In this document: positions 50,901-58,836 of the stretch, in pieces
Position numbering within the stretch: position 1 is the stretch's first letter
Layout: every line of letters starts with the position of its first letter
DNA from: Alphaproteobacteria bacterium
GTDB taxonomy: Bacteria > Pseudomonadota > Alphaproteobacteria > MPNO01 > UBA830
Direction of reading: 5' to 3'
Length of the DNA stretch: 64,000 nucleotides
Assembly: GCA_965214975.1 (NCBI GenBank)
Contig: OZ244055.1
Location: forward strand, 452,875-516,874
Made by a program: the position numbers and the translations under genes
The notes under the pieces: generated by a model
Databases searched by the model: none
The model's input: the letters and a program-made list of their open reading frames with translations, nothing else
Told to the model about the DNA's origin: nothing

Positions 50901-53900
50901 CGCGACGGTGATCGTCTTGCCGCTCTCGCCGGGCGCGAACGCCAGCGTGCCGCCCGCGACCGCCTCGTAGTCCTCTCCGGAGGTCGCCGTGCCGCCTCCC
51001 GAATCCGCCCAGTCGACCGTGACCCGCCGGTCCGAGACCGGCGCCAGCGTCACCGCGAACACCAGCTCCGACGTCCCCGAATCGCCCTCCGCGACCTCGG
51101 GCGAGCCGATCGAGAGCGCCGCCTCCTCGTCGTCCGCGATCGTCCCCGCGCCGGTGGCGGTCCCGATCGTCGCGCCGCCGGTCGGGTTCGAGAGCGCGAT
51201 CTCCACCGTCTCGTCCTCCTCGTCGATCCCGTCGCCGTTCACCGCGACCGTGACCGTCCTCGTGGTGTCCCCGGGATCGAACGCCAGCGTGCCGCCCGCC
51301 ACCGCCTCGTGGTCGGTCCCGGAGGTCGCCGTGCCGCCGCCCGAATCCGCCCAGGCGACCGTGACCCGCCGGTCCCAGGCCGGCGTCAGCGTCACCGTGA
51401 ACACCAGGTCCGACGTCCCGGAATCGCCCTCGGCGACGCGCGGCGAGTCGATCGCGAGCTCGGGAGCCTCGTCGTCGACGATCGTGCCCGTGCCCGCGGC
51501 GGTCCCGACCGTCGCGCCGCCGGTCGGGTTCGAGAGCGCGATCACGACCGTCTCGTTGCCCTCGACGGCGTCGTCGCCGGTCACCCTGACCGTGACCGTC
51601 TTCGCGCTCTCGCCGGGCGCGAACGTCAGCGTGCCGTCCGCCACCGCCTCGTGGTCGGTCCCGGAGGTCGCCGTGCCGCCGCCCGAATCCGCGTAAGCGA
51701 CCGTGACCTGCTGGCGCGAGACCGGATCCAGCGTCACCGTGAACACCAGCTCCGCCGTCCCCGAATCGCCCTCGTCCACCCGCGGCGAATCGATCGAGAG
51801 CGACGGGATGTCGTCGTCGACGATCGTGCCCGTGCCCGCGGCGGTCCCGATCGTCGCGCCGCCGGTCGCGCCCGAAAGCGCGATCACGACCGTCTCGTCG
51901 GCCTCGTCGGTCCGGTCGCCGGTCACCTTGACCGTGACCGTCTTGCCGCTCTCGCCGGGCGCGAACGTCAGCGTGCCGTCCGCCACCGCCTCGTGGTCGG
52001 CGCCGGAGGTCGCCGTGCCGCTGCCCGGATCCGCGTACCCGACCGTGACCCGCCGGTCCGAGACCGGATCCAGCGTCACCGTGAACACCAGGTCCGCCGT
52101 CCCGGAATCGCCCTCGTCAACGCTCGGCGAATCGATCGCGAGCGCCGCCTCGTCGTCGTCCGCGATCGTGCCCGTGCCCGTGGGGGTCGCGATGTCCGCG
52201 CCGCCGGTCGCGCCCGAAAGCGCGATCACGACCGTCTCGTCGAGCTCGTCGATCCCGTCGCCGTTCACCCTGACCGTGACCGTCCTCGTGCTGTCCCCGG
52301 CCGCGAACGTCAGCGTGCCGCCCGCCACCGCCGCGTGGTCGGCGCCGGAGGTCGCCGTGCCGCCGCCCGAATCCGCCCAGGCGACCGTGACCTCGCTGTC
52401 CGAGACCGGATCCAGCGTCACCGTGAACACCAGGTCCGCCGGCCCCGAATCGCCCTCGGCGACGCTCGGCGAATCGATCGAGAACTGCGGGGTCTCGTTG
52501 TCGACGATCGTGCCCGTGCCCGTCGCGGTCCCGAGCGCCGCGCCGCCGGTCGCGCCCGAAAGCGCGATCTCCACCGTCTGGTTGCCCTCGCCGACGTCGT
52601 CGCCGGTCACCGTGACCGCGATCGTCTTGCTGCTCTCCCCGGCCGCGAACGTCAGCGTGCCGCCCGCCACCGCCTCGTAGTCCTCTCCGGAGGTCGCCGA
52701 GCCGCCGCCCGAATCCGCCCAGTCGACCGTGACCTGCCGGTCCGAGACCGGATCCAGCGTCACCGTGAACGTCAGCGTCGACGTCTCTCCCGCGTCGCCC
52801 TCCTCCGCCCGCGGCGAATCGATCGCGAGCGTCGCCTCGTCGTCGTCCCGGATCGTGCCCACGCCGGTCCCTTTCAGGATCTCGCCGCCTATCGGGCTCC
52901 CGAGCCCGAGCTCGACCGTCTCGTCGACCTCGTCGATCCCGTCGCCGTTCACCCGGACCGTGACCGTCTTCCTGGTCTCGCCGGGCGCGAACGCCAGCTC
53001 GGCGGAGGACACGCTCCGGTAGTCGGCGTCGGCGCCGGAGGTCGCCGTGCCGTTCCCGGAGTCCTCGTACCGGACCGAGACCTCGCTGTCCCACTCCGGC
53101 TCCAGCGTCACCGTGAACACCAGGCTGGCCGTCCCCGTGTCGCCCTCGACGACGCTCGGCGAGTTGATCGAGAACCCGGGAACCTCGTCGTCGACGATCG
53201 TGCCCGTGCCCTCGGCGGTTCCGATCGTCGCCCCGCCGGTCGCGCCCGAAAGCCGGATCACGACCGTCTCGTCGTCCTCGAAGGCGTCGTCGCCGTTCAC
53301 CGCGACCGTGACCGTCTTCGTGCTCTCGCCGGGCGCGAACGTCAGCGTGCCGCCCGCCACGGCCTCGTGGTCGGTCCCGGAGGCTGCCGTGCCGCCGCCC
53401 GAATCCGCGTACCCGACCGTGACCCGGCGGTCCGAGACCGGCTCCAGCGTCACCGTGAACACCAGGTCCGCCGTCCCGGAATCGCCCTCGTCCACCCGCG
53501 GCGAATCGATCGCGAGCGACGCCTGGTCGTTGTCCGACACCGCGACATCGGCCTCGGACGGCGAGCCCGGGTCGTGGTCGCCGCCGTCGACGACGGCGAC
53601 GGTCACCGTGCTGTTGTCCTCGTCCACGGCATCGTCCGCGGTCGGCACCTCCACCGTCGCGGTGGCCGAGTTCGCGCCGAACGTCACCGTCCGCGTCCCC
53701 TCGTCGCCCGGGGCGACCATCTTGCCCGTTTCCGAGACCGTGACCTCGACCGCCAGCGCGACCGCGAGGTGCCCGTCGCGGGTCAGCGTGAAACGCGCCG
53801 GCGCGCCCTCCGTCACGTCGCCGTCGGACGCGACGGTGACCACCGGAACGTCGTCGTCCGACACCACGACGTCGGCCTCCGAAGGCGTGCCCGGGTCGTA

Positions 53901-55199
53901 GTCGCTGCCGTCCACGACGGTGACCGTCACCGTGCTGTCCGGCTCGTCCGTGGAATCGCCCTGGGTCGGCACCGCCAGCTGAAAGACGCCCGAGTTCCTG
54001 CCGAACCTCACCGTCTTCGTTCCCTCCTCGCGCGCGGCGACCATCCTGCCCGTTTCCGACACCGTGACCTCGACCGTCAGCGCGGCGGAGCGGTTCCCGG
54101 TGCGGGTCAGGTTGAAACGCGCGGCCGTGCCCTCCGTCACGTTTCCGGCGGACTCGACGGTGACCATCGGATCGTCGTCGTCCGACACCACCACGCCGGC
54201 CTCGGACGGCGTGCCCGCGACGTAGCCGTCGCCGGCCGCGACGGCCACGGTCACCGTGCTGTCGGGCTCGGACGCGGAATCGGCCTGGGTCGGCACCGTC
54301 ACCGTCGCCGTGGCCGAGCCCGCGGCGAACGTCGCCGTCTTCGCCCCCTCCTCGCCCGCGGCGACCATGTCGCCCGTCTCCGAGACCGTGACCCCGACCT
54401 CCAGCTCGGCGGCGGTGTTCCCGGCGCGGGTCAGCGTGAAACTCGCGGCCGTGCCCTCCGTCACGTCGCCGTCGGACGCGACGGTGACGGCGGTCCCCGT
54501 GACGACGATGTCGAAGGTGACCGTGTGGGCGATGGCGGGCTCCCACTTGCTGCTGGTGGTCGTGTAGGTCACCGTCGTGGTGCCTGTCCCGGTCGGGGTG
54601 CCGGACAGGACGCGGGTGGCCGGGTCGAAGGACAGTCCGGGCGGCAACCCGGTCAGCGCGTAGCTGCGGTCTTTGTCGTTGTCGCCGGTCGTCGCCTCGA
54701 GCGTCACGGGGGTGATGCCCGTGTCCAGGTCGACGTTCAGGTTGTCCGGTGTGGGAAAAAAGTCATCGGGATAGTCAAGGAGATGAAAATCGATGTTGGC
54801 GCGCGTGGCCGTGGCGCCGGCGTCGTCGGTGACCGTGTAGTTGAAACTACGGATCACGCAGGGGATGCCCGTGCAGGAGTCGCCGTAAGCCCCCCCGGAA
54901 GAGTCGGGCGGGTTGCCGGACAGGACGCGGGTGCTCGGGTCGAAGGACAGCCCGCTGCGCGCCAGCCCGCCCACCGCGTTCACCGAGTAGGTGTAGGGTG
55001 CGGTGCCGCCGGTGGCCTCCGGCAGGGTTATGGAGATGTTCCTTCCCGAGACGAAGGCATGGTCGAAGGAGACCGCCCCCAGGGACAACGGATCCTGGGC
55101 CTGGGCGGACAACCCGGGGAGGAAGCACGCCATGACCGCCGCCGCCGACAGGAAGGCGAAGGGCCGGCGGGCGGCGGGCGGGCCGCTCCGACGACTCAC
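47985..55199 (-). CDS. Giant type Va autotransporter adhesin (He_PIG-like Ig domains, 3 type A + 10 Calx-beta repeats, C-terminal beta-barrel). The conservative start is GTG 55199; an ATG leader at 55287 is +1 out of frame across a C10 tract
   Basis: Track ORF 47985..55331. Signal peptide RRPFAFLSAAAVMACFLPGLSAQA/QD. ..GLPPGLSFDPATRVLSGTP.. Ten repeats of the IDSPxVxEGDSGT..FTVTL..V.YAD.GGGTATSG.D..AV.GTLTFAPGE..KTV.V.V.GD...E..ETV.I.LS form. The barrel ends ..LVVLKGGVAF. Confidence 0.9.
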   Translation of the reverse strand: MSRRSGPPAARRPFAFLSAAAVMACFLPGLSAQAQDPLSLGAVSFDHAFVSGRNISITLPEATGGTAPYTYSVNAVGGLARSGLSFDPSTRVLSGNPPDSSGGAYGDSCTGIPCVIRSFNYTVTDDAGATATRANIDFHLLDYPDDFFPTPDNLNVDLDTGITPVTLEATTGDNDKDRSYALTGLPPGLSFDPATRVLSGTPTGTGTTTVTYTTTSSKWEPAIAHTVTFDIVVTGTAVTVASDGDVTEGTAASFTLTRAGNTAAELEVGVTVSETGDMVAAGEEGAKTATFAAGSATATVTVPTQADSASEPDSTVTVAVAAGDGYVAGTPSEAGVVVSDDDDPMVTVESAGNVTEGTAARFNLTRTGNRSAALTVEVTVSETGRMVAAREEGTKTVRFGRNSGVFQLAVPTQGDSTDEPDSTVTVTVVDGSDYDPGTPSEADVVVSDDDVPVVTVASDGDVTEGAPARFTLTRDGHLAVALAVEVTVSETGKMVAPGDEGTRTVTFGANSATATVEVPTADDAVDEDNSTVTVAVVDGGDHDPGSPSEADVAVSDNDQASLAIDSPRVDEGDSGTADLVFTVTLEPVSDRRVTVGYADSGGGTAASGTDHEAVAGGTLTFAPGESTKTVTVAVNGDDAFEDDETVVIRLSGATGGATIGTAEGTGTIVDDEVPGFSINSPSVVEGDTGTASLVFTVTLEPEWDSEVSVRYEDSGNGTATSGADADYRSVSSAELAFAPGETRKTVTVRVNGDGIDEVDETVELGLGSPIGGEILKGTGVGTIRDDDEATLAIDSPRAEEGDAGETSTLTFTVTLDPVSDRQVTVDWADSGGGSATSGEDYEAVAGGTLTFAAGESSKTIAVTVTGDDVGEGNQTVEIALSGATGGAALGTATGTGTIVDNETPQFSIDSPSVAEGDSGPADLVFTVTLDPVSDSEVTVAWADSGGGTATSGADHAAVAGGTLTFAAGDSTRTVTVRVNGDGIDELDETVVIALSGATGGADIATPTGTGTIADDDEAALAIDSPSVDEGDSGTADLVFTVTLDPVSDRRVTVGYADPGSGTATSGADHEAVADGTLTFAPGESGKTVTVKVTGDRTDEADETVVIALSGATGGATIGTAAGTGTIVDDDIPSLSIDSPRVDEGDSGTAELVFTVTLDPVSRQQVTVAYADSGGGTATSGTDHEAVADGTLTFAPGESAKTVTVRVTGDDAVEGNETVVIALSNPTGGATVGTAAGTGTIVDDEAPELAIDSPRVAEGDSGTSDLVFTVTLTPAWDRRVTVAWADSGGGTATSGTDHEAVAGGTLAFDPGDTTRTVTVAVNGDGIDEEDETVEIALSNPTGGATIGTATGAGTIADDEEAALSIGSPEVAEGDSGTSELVFAVTLAPVSDRRVTVDWADSGGGTATSGEDYEAVAGGTLAFAPGESGKTITVAARGDGIDENDETVEIALSGATGGATIGTGTGTGTIRDDDESALSIDSPSVDEGDSGTTDLAFAVTLAPASDREVVVDYTVGGTAEAGRDHDAPEAGSVAFAPGETRQTVTVPVKGDGVFELDETVVVTLSDPTGGALLRRHRGTGTIRNDDARGTSGPAVWVGSTSVVEGDGGPAELRFPVTLSEAADGPVSVDYTVTGAAEVRLAERDMRATTGTLAFAPGETAKTIVATVEGDREAESDGLVVVTLDSVTSAAGYEIGTGRGLGTVRDDDRRLSVEAADEAGTVTFTVALDPPTGPGDDLVTVDHETVVDGGGAVSGLLTFQHGETRRTVEVEAGDAAEVVELGLTGSTNVLLPEPRRTEHWLAARPVLSVAAPAPGSVKRPAVGETATVAFTVGLDRPWPAREALGVGYVKARDGEEEAGTLTFERGDTGMTVAVEVDGETEAATVRLVDVDAARVSDNDEGWEARYDLGAGRSERRALALRYVLAATGRTVAANVVELVWDRAESHRSGDAGSRATVGGQPLAPGAPAAGVLAGLMGVSGVGGVSGDAGGAERRHGPGGGSADGFRGLAPPDGRDLLGRTAFALSPGGDGGAAGGLTLWGRGTFTEVGSDGLDEDDDRIGAFSSEGGIFAAHLGLDHRFRDDLLAGVAVSRTVGDIDYAFGGGDGGGAVETTLTSAHPYVHWMSPTGLGVWGTAGYGRGSTEIADRDGSVGTDVEMRTVAAGVRDDLASVGGVGLAVKADAFHATVSADGVEDELLEVDAAASRVRLALEGSSRRALADGGELAGSFELGARLDDGDAERGAGADLALGFGYVLPHAGLEIRGRGSALLAHEESGFREWGLGLGLDWDPGVRGRGLRLRLAPSWGAPARGVAEAMWNADPGAAGRGGGGGGASLDARLGYGWGVLRDRAVTTAFGELGRSGDDDRVRLGVEFRLRGTAGPGLELYGERRGDRGRPDGLVVLKGGVAF
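50100..54495 (-). repeat. In-frame tandem coding repeats: about 10 Calx-beta units (50100-53525) and 3 type A units (53525-54495), period about 320-345 bp
   Basis: Periodic GTGTI(V/R/A)DD(D/E) boundaries in the translation. The type A units share the SETG(D/R/K)MVA..EPDSTVTV core with adhesin 1. Confidence 0.85.
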
Positions 55200-55214
55200 T
55201 GGATCGCGCTCCAA

Positions 55215-55224
55215 GGGGGGGGGG
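55215..55224 (-). repeat. C10 (sense strand) homopolymer just upstream of the adhesin-2 signal peptide
   Basis: Counted directly: 10 consecutive G on the plus strand (55215-55224). Confidence 0.95.
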
Positions 55225-55577
55225 CACGGGACTGGTGCTGTGCACCTTTTCCGTCCCGCAGCGACCAAGCCCTGTTTTTCCCGCCATGCTTCCGTCTCCC
55301 GCTTCCTCGACCCGACCGAGAACGGACCCAAGGTAGTGCCCCCGACCGCATGGCGTCAACCGGCCCCGGGAGGTCGCGGATTGCAGGGCAGCGATCGCCG
55401 GCGTGGGCGCGGCGGAGACGGGTGGCGGACTTCCCCGATGCGGTCCGAAGCGTTCCCGCGTTGCCGGTCGGCGTGGGGCGGGCGCCGCTCGGGCGGCGAC
55501 GGGTCGGCCGACCGCGGGCTCGATGCAGCCGTGGTTGCAGAGCGTGCGGAGCCGCCGCGGAGCGTTGCGCCGGACCA

Positions 55578-55915
55578 TCAGGGCCTCGCAGGCGGCCGCG
55601 CGGTCGTGGCAGGCTTGCGGTTCCTCGGCATCGGGTGGATGACGCGCAGCGTCCCGGGCGCGCCCGCGACGATGGCGCGCTTGCAGCCGCGCCGTGCCGC
55701 GAAGGCGCGGTGCCGGGCCCCGAATCGGCGGCCCCTGGTTCTCGCCGCGCCGTGGGCGCGCTCGACGAGGACGGCGCGCAGGATCCTGGCTCTCTTGCGG
55801 GTGTGCCCCGCGCTTCGCTTTCCGGCGCTTTCGCGGTTGCCGGGACAGCGGCCGGCCCGGGAGGCGGGACGCTCCCTGGAGGCGGATGCGTTGATGTCGG
55901 CTCGATGAGGACCGC
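55578..55915 (-). pseudogene. IS110-family transposase, 3' remnant (degenerate)
   Basis: Minus-strand reading ..RESAGKRSAGHTRKRARILRAVLVERAHGAARTRGRRFGARHRAFAARRGCKRAIVAGAPGTLRVIHPM.. resembles the IS110 C-terminal SGK..G...IS..GN..LR..L...A pattern. No N-terminal part is present. Not listed as an ORF in the track. Confidence 0.35.
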
Positions 55916-56481
55916 GGTCGCGGAGTCGCGCGAGGGCAAGCAGCCCGACGGTCGCGCGAAGACCCGCGAGGCCAGGCTAGTCGCCGTGTGGTCGGCGCAA
56001 ACCTCCGCAAACCTCCATTGCCGGGGGCCAGCCACCCCGTGCAATGAAAAAAACGGACGCCCGTTCCGCGACGGGGCTTCGGGCCATGATCCGGGGGAGC
56101 CCGCCGGTCGCGGTCCGCAGGACGGGAACGGGTCCGGCGTGCTTCTGGCGCTCTCGGAGCCGTGCTCCGGCAGCGCACGGGGTCTGTTTGCCGAATCGCG
56201 GAATCTTTTTCACGGCAAACGGGACGTCCACCCGTCAACGGGACGGGCCCGCGCCGAGGCTCCGGACCGGCCCGGTCGCCCGCATGACGGGAGTCCGAGC
56301 CGGATCCGGCCGGTTGGCGGTGTCCTCGCGGACCGCCGCGACGCGGGACCGCCCCGAGCCGCCTGGATCGGACGTTCGGCCAGCGCGGGACGGTCCCGCA
56401 CCCCGATTTCCGCGGTCTTGACAGCCGCGGCGATTCCGCGCATCTTCGGATCGTGCCGCCGTTCGCTCTTCGGCGGCGGGC

Positions 56482-56557
56482 CGGGGCCGTAGCTCAGTTG
56501 GGAGAGCGCAGCGTTCGCAATGCTGAGGTCAGGGGTTCGACTCCCCTCGGCTCCACC
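56482..56557 (+). tRNA. tRNA-Ala (anticodon CGC)
   Basis: Hand-folded cloverleaf: GGGGCCG/CGGCTCC acceptor with G3:U70, anticodon loop TTCGCAA, T-arm AGGGG-TTCGACT-CCCCT, encoded CCA; 76 nt. Confidence 0.92.
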
Positions 56558-56665
56558 AGTCCCCGTGCACCATCCCCCCTTCTCCGCAGGCCTCGCCGGA
56601 GACGCGCCCGGTCACCCGAGAGCGGGCGCCTTCCCCGACGGCGGCCCGCGCGGGCCTGCCCGCCG

Positions 56666-57121
56666 TCACGACGACAGGCGGGCGATGTCCGCAAGCACCT
56701 CGTCGGGGTGGGCGGCCGGCTTGACCGTGTCGTAGGACGCGGCGACGGCTCCGTCCGGGCCGACCAGCACGGACTTGCGCGGCGAGCGTCGGCTGTCCGG
56801 TTCCGACACCCCGTAGGCCGTCGAGACGGCGCCGTCGACGTCGCTCAGCAAGTCGTAGGGGAACGCGAATTTCTCGCGGAACGCCCGGTTGTCGGCCTCG
56901 CTGTCGTAGCTGATGCCGACCACGGCCGCGTCGTGGTCGTTGAAGTCCTGGATTCGATCACGGAATCCCTTGCCTTCGATGGTTCAGCCGGGCGTGTCGG
57001 CCTTGGGATACCACCAGAGAAGCAGGTAGCGGCCGGAAAAGTCGTCCTTCCCGACCGGGATTCCATCCTGGTTGGGCAAGTTGAAGTCGGGCGCGTCGGC
57101 GCCCGCGGCGATCAGGACCAT
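56666..57121 (-). CDS. bcp: Bcp/PrxQ-type peroxiredoxin with in-frame TGA at the peroxidatic-Cys codon (candidate selenoprotein, or a pseudogene)
   Basis: Minus-strand ATG 57121: MVLIAAGADAPDFNLPNQDGIPVGKDDFSGRYLLLWWYPKADTPG-TGA-TIEGKGFRDRIQDFNDHDAAVVGISYDSEADNRAFREKFAFPYDLLSD.. The TGA (56986-56984) replaces C in the conserved PKADTPGCT motif. The track lists only the 3' part (56666..56923). Confidence 0.75.
56942..56977 (-). promoter_or_regulatory. Candidate bacterial SECIS hairpin downstream of the in-frame UGA
   Basis: mRNA sense: UGA ACCAUC GAAG gcaag GGAUUC cgugauc GAAUCC agga CUUC. A 4-bp lower and 6-bp upper stem with a 7-nt apical loop containing G and U. The loop starts 24 nt after the U of UGA. 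Confidence 0.45.
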
Positions 57122-57172
57122 GGCGTTTCCCCTATGGCTCCGCGCGCCGCGCCGGCGTCGCGGAAGGTTCCG

Positions 57173-57364
57173 TCAGTAGTAGTCCGCCGCACTGCGCTTG
57201 CGGCATCTCAGGCACAGGCGGTTGTGCCAGCCCTCGCTCATGAACTTGTCGCCGCACGAAAGGCAGGAGCGTTCTCCCGGGACGCGGTGGATGGGCTGGA
57301 ATTCCTCCTCGACCGCCTCGTCGGTCTCGAGGGCCGTCGCCGGCGTCGTCTCGTTCATTCCCAT
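57173..57364 (-). CDS. Small hypothetical protein with a CxxC..CxxC zinc-ribbon-like motif (63 aa)
   Basis: ..ERSCLSCGDKFMSEGWHNRLCLRCRKRS..; acidic N-terminus. Confidence 0.55.
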   Translation of the reverse strand: MGMNETTPATALETDEAVEEEFQPIHRVPGERSCLSCGDKFMSEGWHNRLCLRCRKRSAADYY

Positions 57365-57572
57365 CTTCCCTGCTCCCTTGAAGTTCAGGCATCGCCGACC
57401 CGCGTGCGGCGACGGTCATGTCGGCATGAGTCCCGCGTCGGCGTGCCTCTCGATCGAACGCCCGCGAGGTCGTTGCCTCCGGGCCGGGGTGAAAGCGGCT
57501 GTTTCCGTCGTTCTTTGGCCGCGCCTCCGCCGCGGATGGTAGCGCAAACCCCATGGCGGCGCAAAACGGCGG

Positions 57573-58793
57573 TCAGGCGGCCGCCGCGGCGCGGCTTCCG
57601 GGCAGGGTGCGCAGCAGGATGAACGACATGATGGCGATGTTGACCAGGTTCCAGGCGATCCCGTTGACGAAAGCCGCCTGGTAGGATCCCGTCAGGTCGA
57701 AGATCCATCCGGATATCCAGCCGCCGAGGGCCATGCCGATGATGGTTGCCATGATCAGGATCCCGACGCGCTGGCCGGCCACCCGCCCCGGCATGTATTC
57801 GCGCGCGATGATCGCGTAGTTCGGAACGATGCCGCCCTGGGCGAGGCCGAAGACCAGCGACACCGCGTAGAGCGAGGCCAGGCCGTCGAACGGCAGGAAA
57901 AGGAACAGCGAGACGCCCTGCAGGACGGAGCCGAGCAGCAGCGAGCGCACGCCTCCGAAGCGGTCGGCCAGGAAGCCGAAGACCATGCGGCTGACGGCGC
58001 CGCCCGCCAGCATCAGCGAGAGCATCTCGGCGCCGCGGGCGACGCCGTAGCCGAGATCGCTGCAGTAGGCGACGATGTGCACCTGCGGCATCGACATCGC
58101 GACGCAGCAGCTGACGCCGGCGAACGCCAGCAGGGCCAGGAGAAGGCGCTGGTCGATCGCGACCGGCAGCAGGCCGCCGCCGGCCTCGCCGGAATCCGGG
58201 ACCGGTCGCGCCCTGCGGCGAAGAAGCAGCGACAGCGGCACCATGACGACCAGACAGGCGCCGGCTATCGCCAGATACGCCGTTCGCCAGCTGCCGGATT
58301 CGAGGAACGGCCCGATGGCCAGCGGCCACAGCGCGCCGCCGAAATAGTTGCCGCAGGCCGCGAGGGCGACCGCGATGCCGCGGCGCCTGCGGAACCAGTG
58401 CGACACGTCGGCCATCAGCGGGCCGAAGGTTCCGGCCGACCCCAGGCCGATCAGGAGACCCTGGATCAGGGCGAACTGCCAGAGCGACGAGACCAGCGCC
58501 GCGGCCGCGAATCCCGACGCGAGCAGGAGCGTGGCGCAGATCAGCGGCGGGAGAATCCCCGACCGGTCGGCCATGCGGCCGAACAGGAGATTGCCGGCGG
58601 CGAACCCGGCCATGGTCAGGGCGTAGGAGAGGGTGGTGTCGGCGCGGCCCGCGCCGAATTCCCGCTGGACGTCGGGAAGCACGACGACGATGGCCCAGAA
58701 GCCGACGCTGCCCGTGGTTCCGAGAAGGACCGACACGCCGAGGCGGAACCAGGCGTGGCGGCCGTCGGGGGGCGGGAACCCCGCGTCGTTCAT
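57573..58793 (-). CDS. MFS transporter
   Basis: From ATG 58793: MNDAGFPPPDGRHAWFRLGVSVLLGTTGSVGFWAIVVVLPDVQREFG..; 12-TM-like profile. Confidence 0.85.
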   Translation of the reverse strand: MNDAGFPPPDGRHAWFRLGVSVLLGTTGSVGFWAIVVVLPDVQREFGAGRADTTLSYALTMAGFAAGNLLFGRMADRSGILPPLICATLLLASGFAAAALVSSLWQFALIQGLLIGLGSAGTFGPLMADVSHWFRRRRGIAVALAACGNYFGGALWPLAIGPFLESGSWRTAYLAIAGACLVVMVPLSLLLRRRARPVPDSGEAGGGLLPVAIDQRLLLALLAFAGVSCCVAMSMPQVHIVAYCSDLGYGVARGAEMLSLMLAGGAVSRMVFGFLADRFGGVRSLLLGSVLQGVSLFLFLPFDGLASLYAVSLVFGLAQGGIVPNYAIIAREYMPGRVAGQRVGILIMATIIGMALGGWISGWIFDLTGSYQAAFVNGIAWNLVNIAIMSFILLRTLPGSRAAAAA

Positions 58794-58836
58794 CCGGCCG
58801 GCGGGAACCGTCCGTCCCGCCTCCCGCCGCCGGCCG

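Noticed and set aside
56044-56066. Minus-strand hairpin AACGG-GCGT-CCGTT followed by a T run, considered as an orphan terminator of an sRNA between tRNA-Ala and the IS110 relic
   Set aside because: The stem is only 5 bp and part of the A/T run is consumed by it. No convincing promoter or conserved structure was visible upstream, so the evidence is too weak to call.
56418-56446. TTGACA-17 nt-CATCTT upstream of tRNA-Ala, considered as its promoter
   Set aside because: The -35 element is perfect but the -10 element is poor, and the spacing to the mature 5' end (36 nt) cannot be verified. It is plausible but not strong enough to list as a feature.
47883-56492. 2869-aa plus-strand ORF, the longest in the track
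   Set aside because: It is antisense to the adhesin-2 gene. The translation is R/G/D/P/A low-complexity with no motifs, whereas the minus-strand frame has a signal peptide, recognisable repeats and an autotransporter barrel. Long antisense ORFs are expected at ~70% GC.
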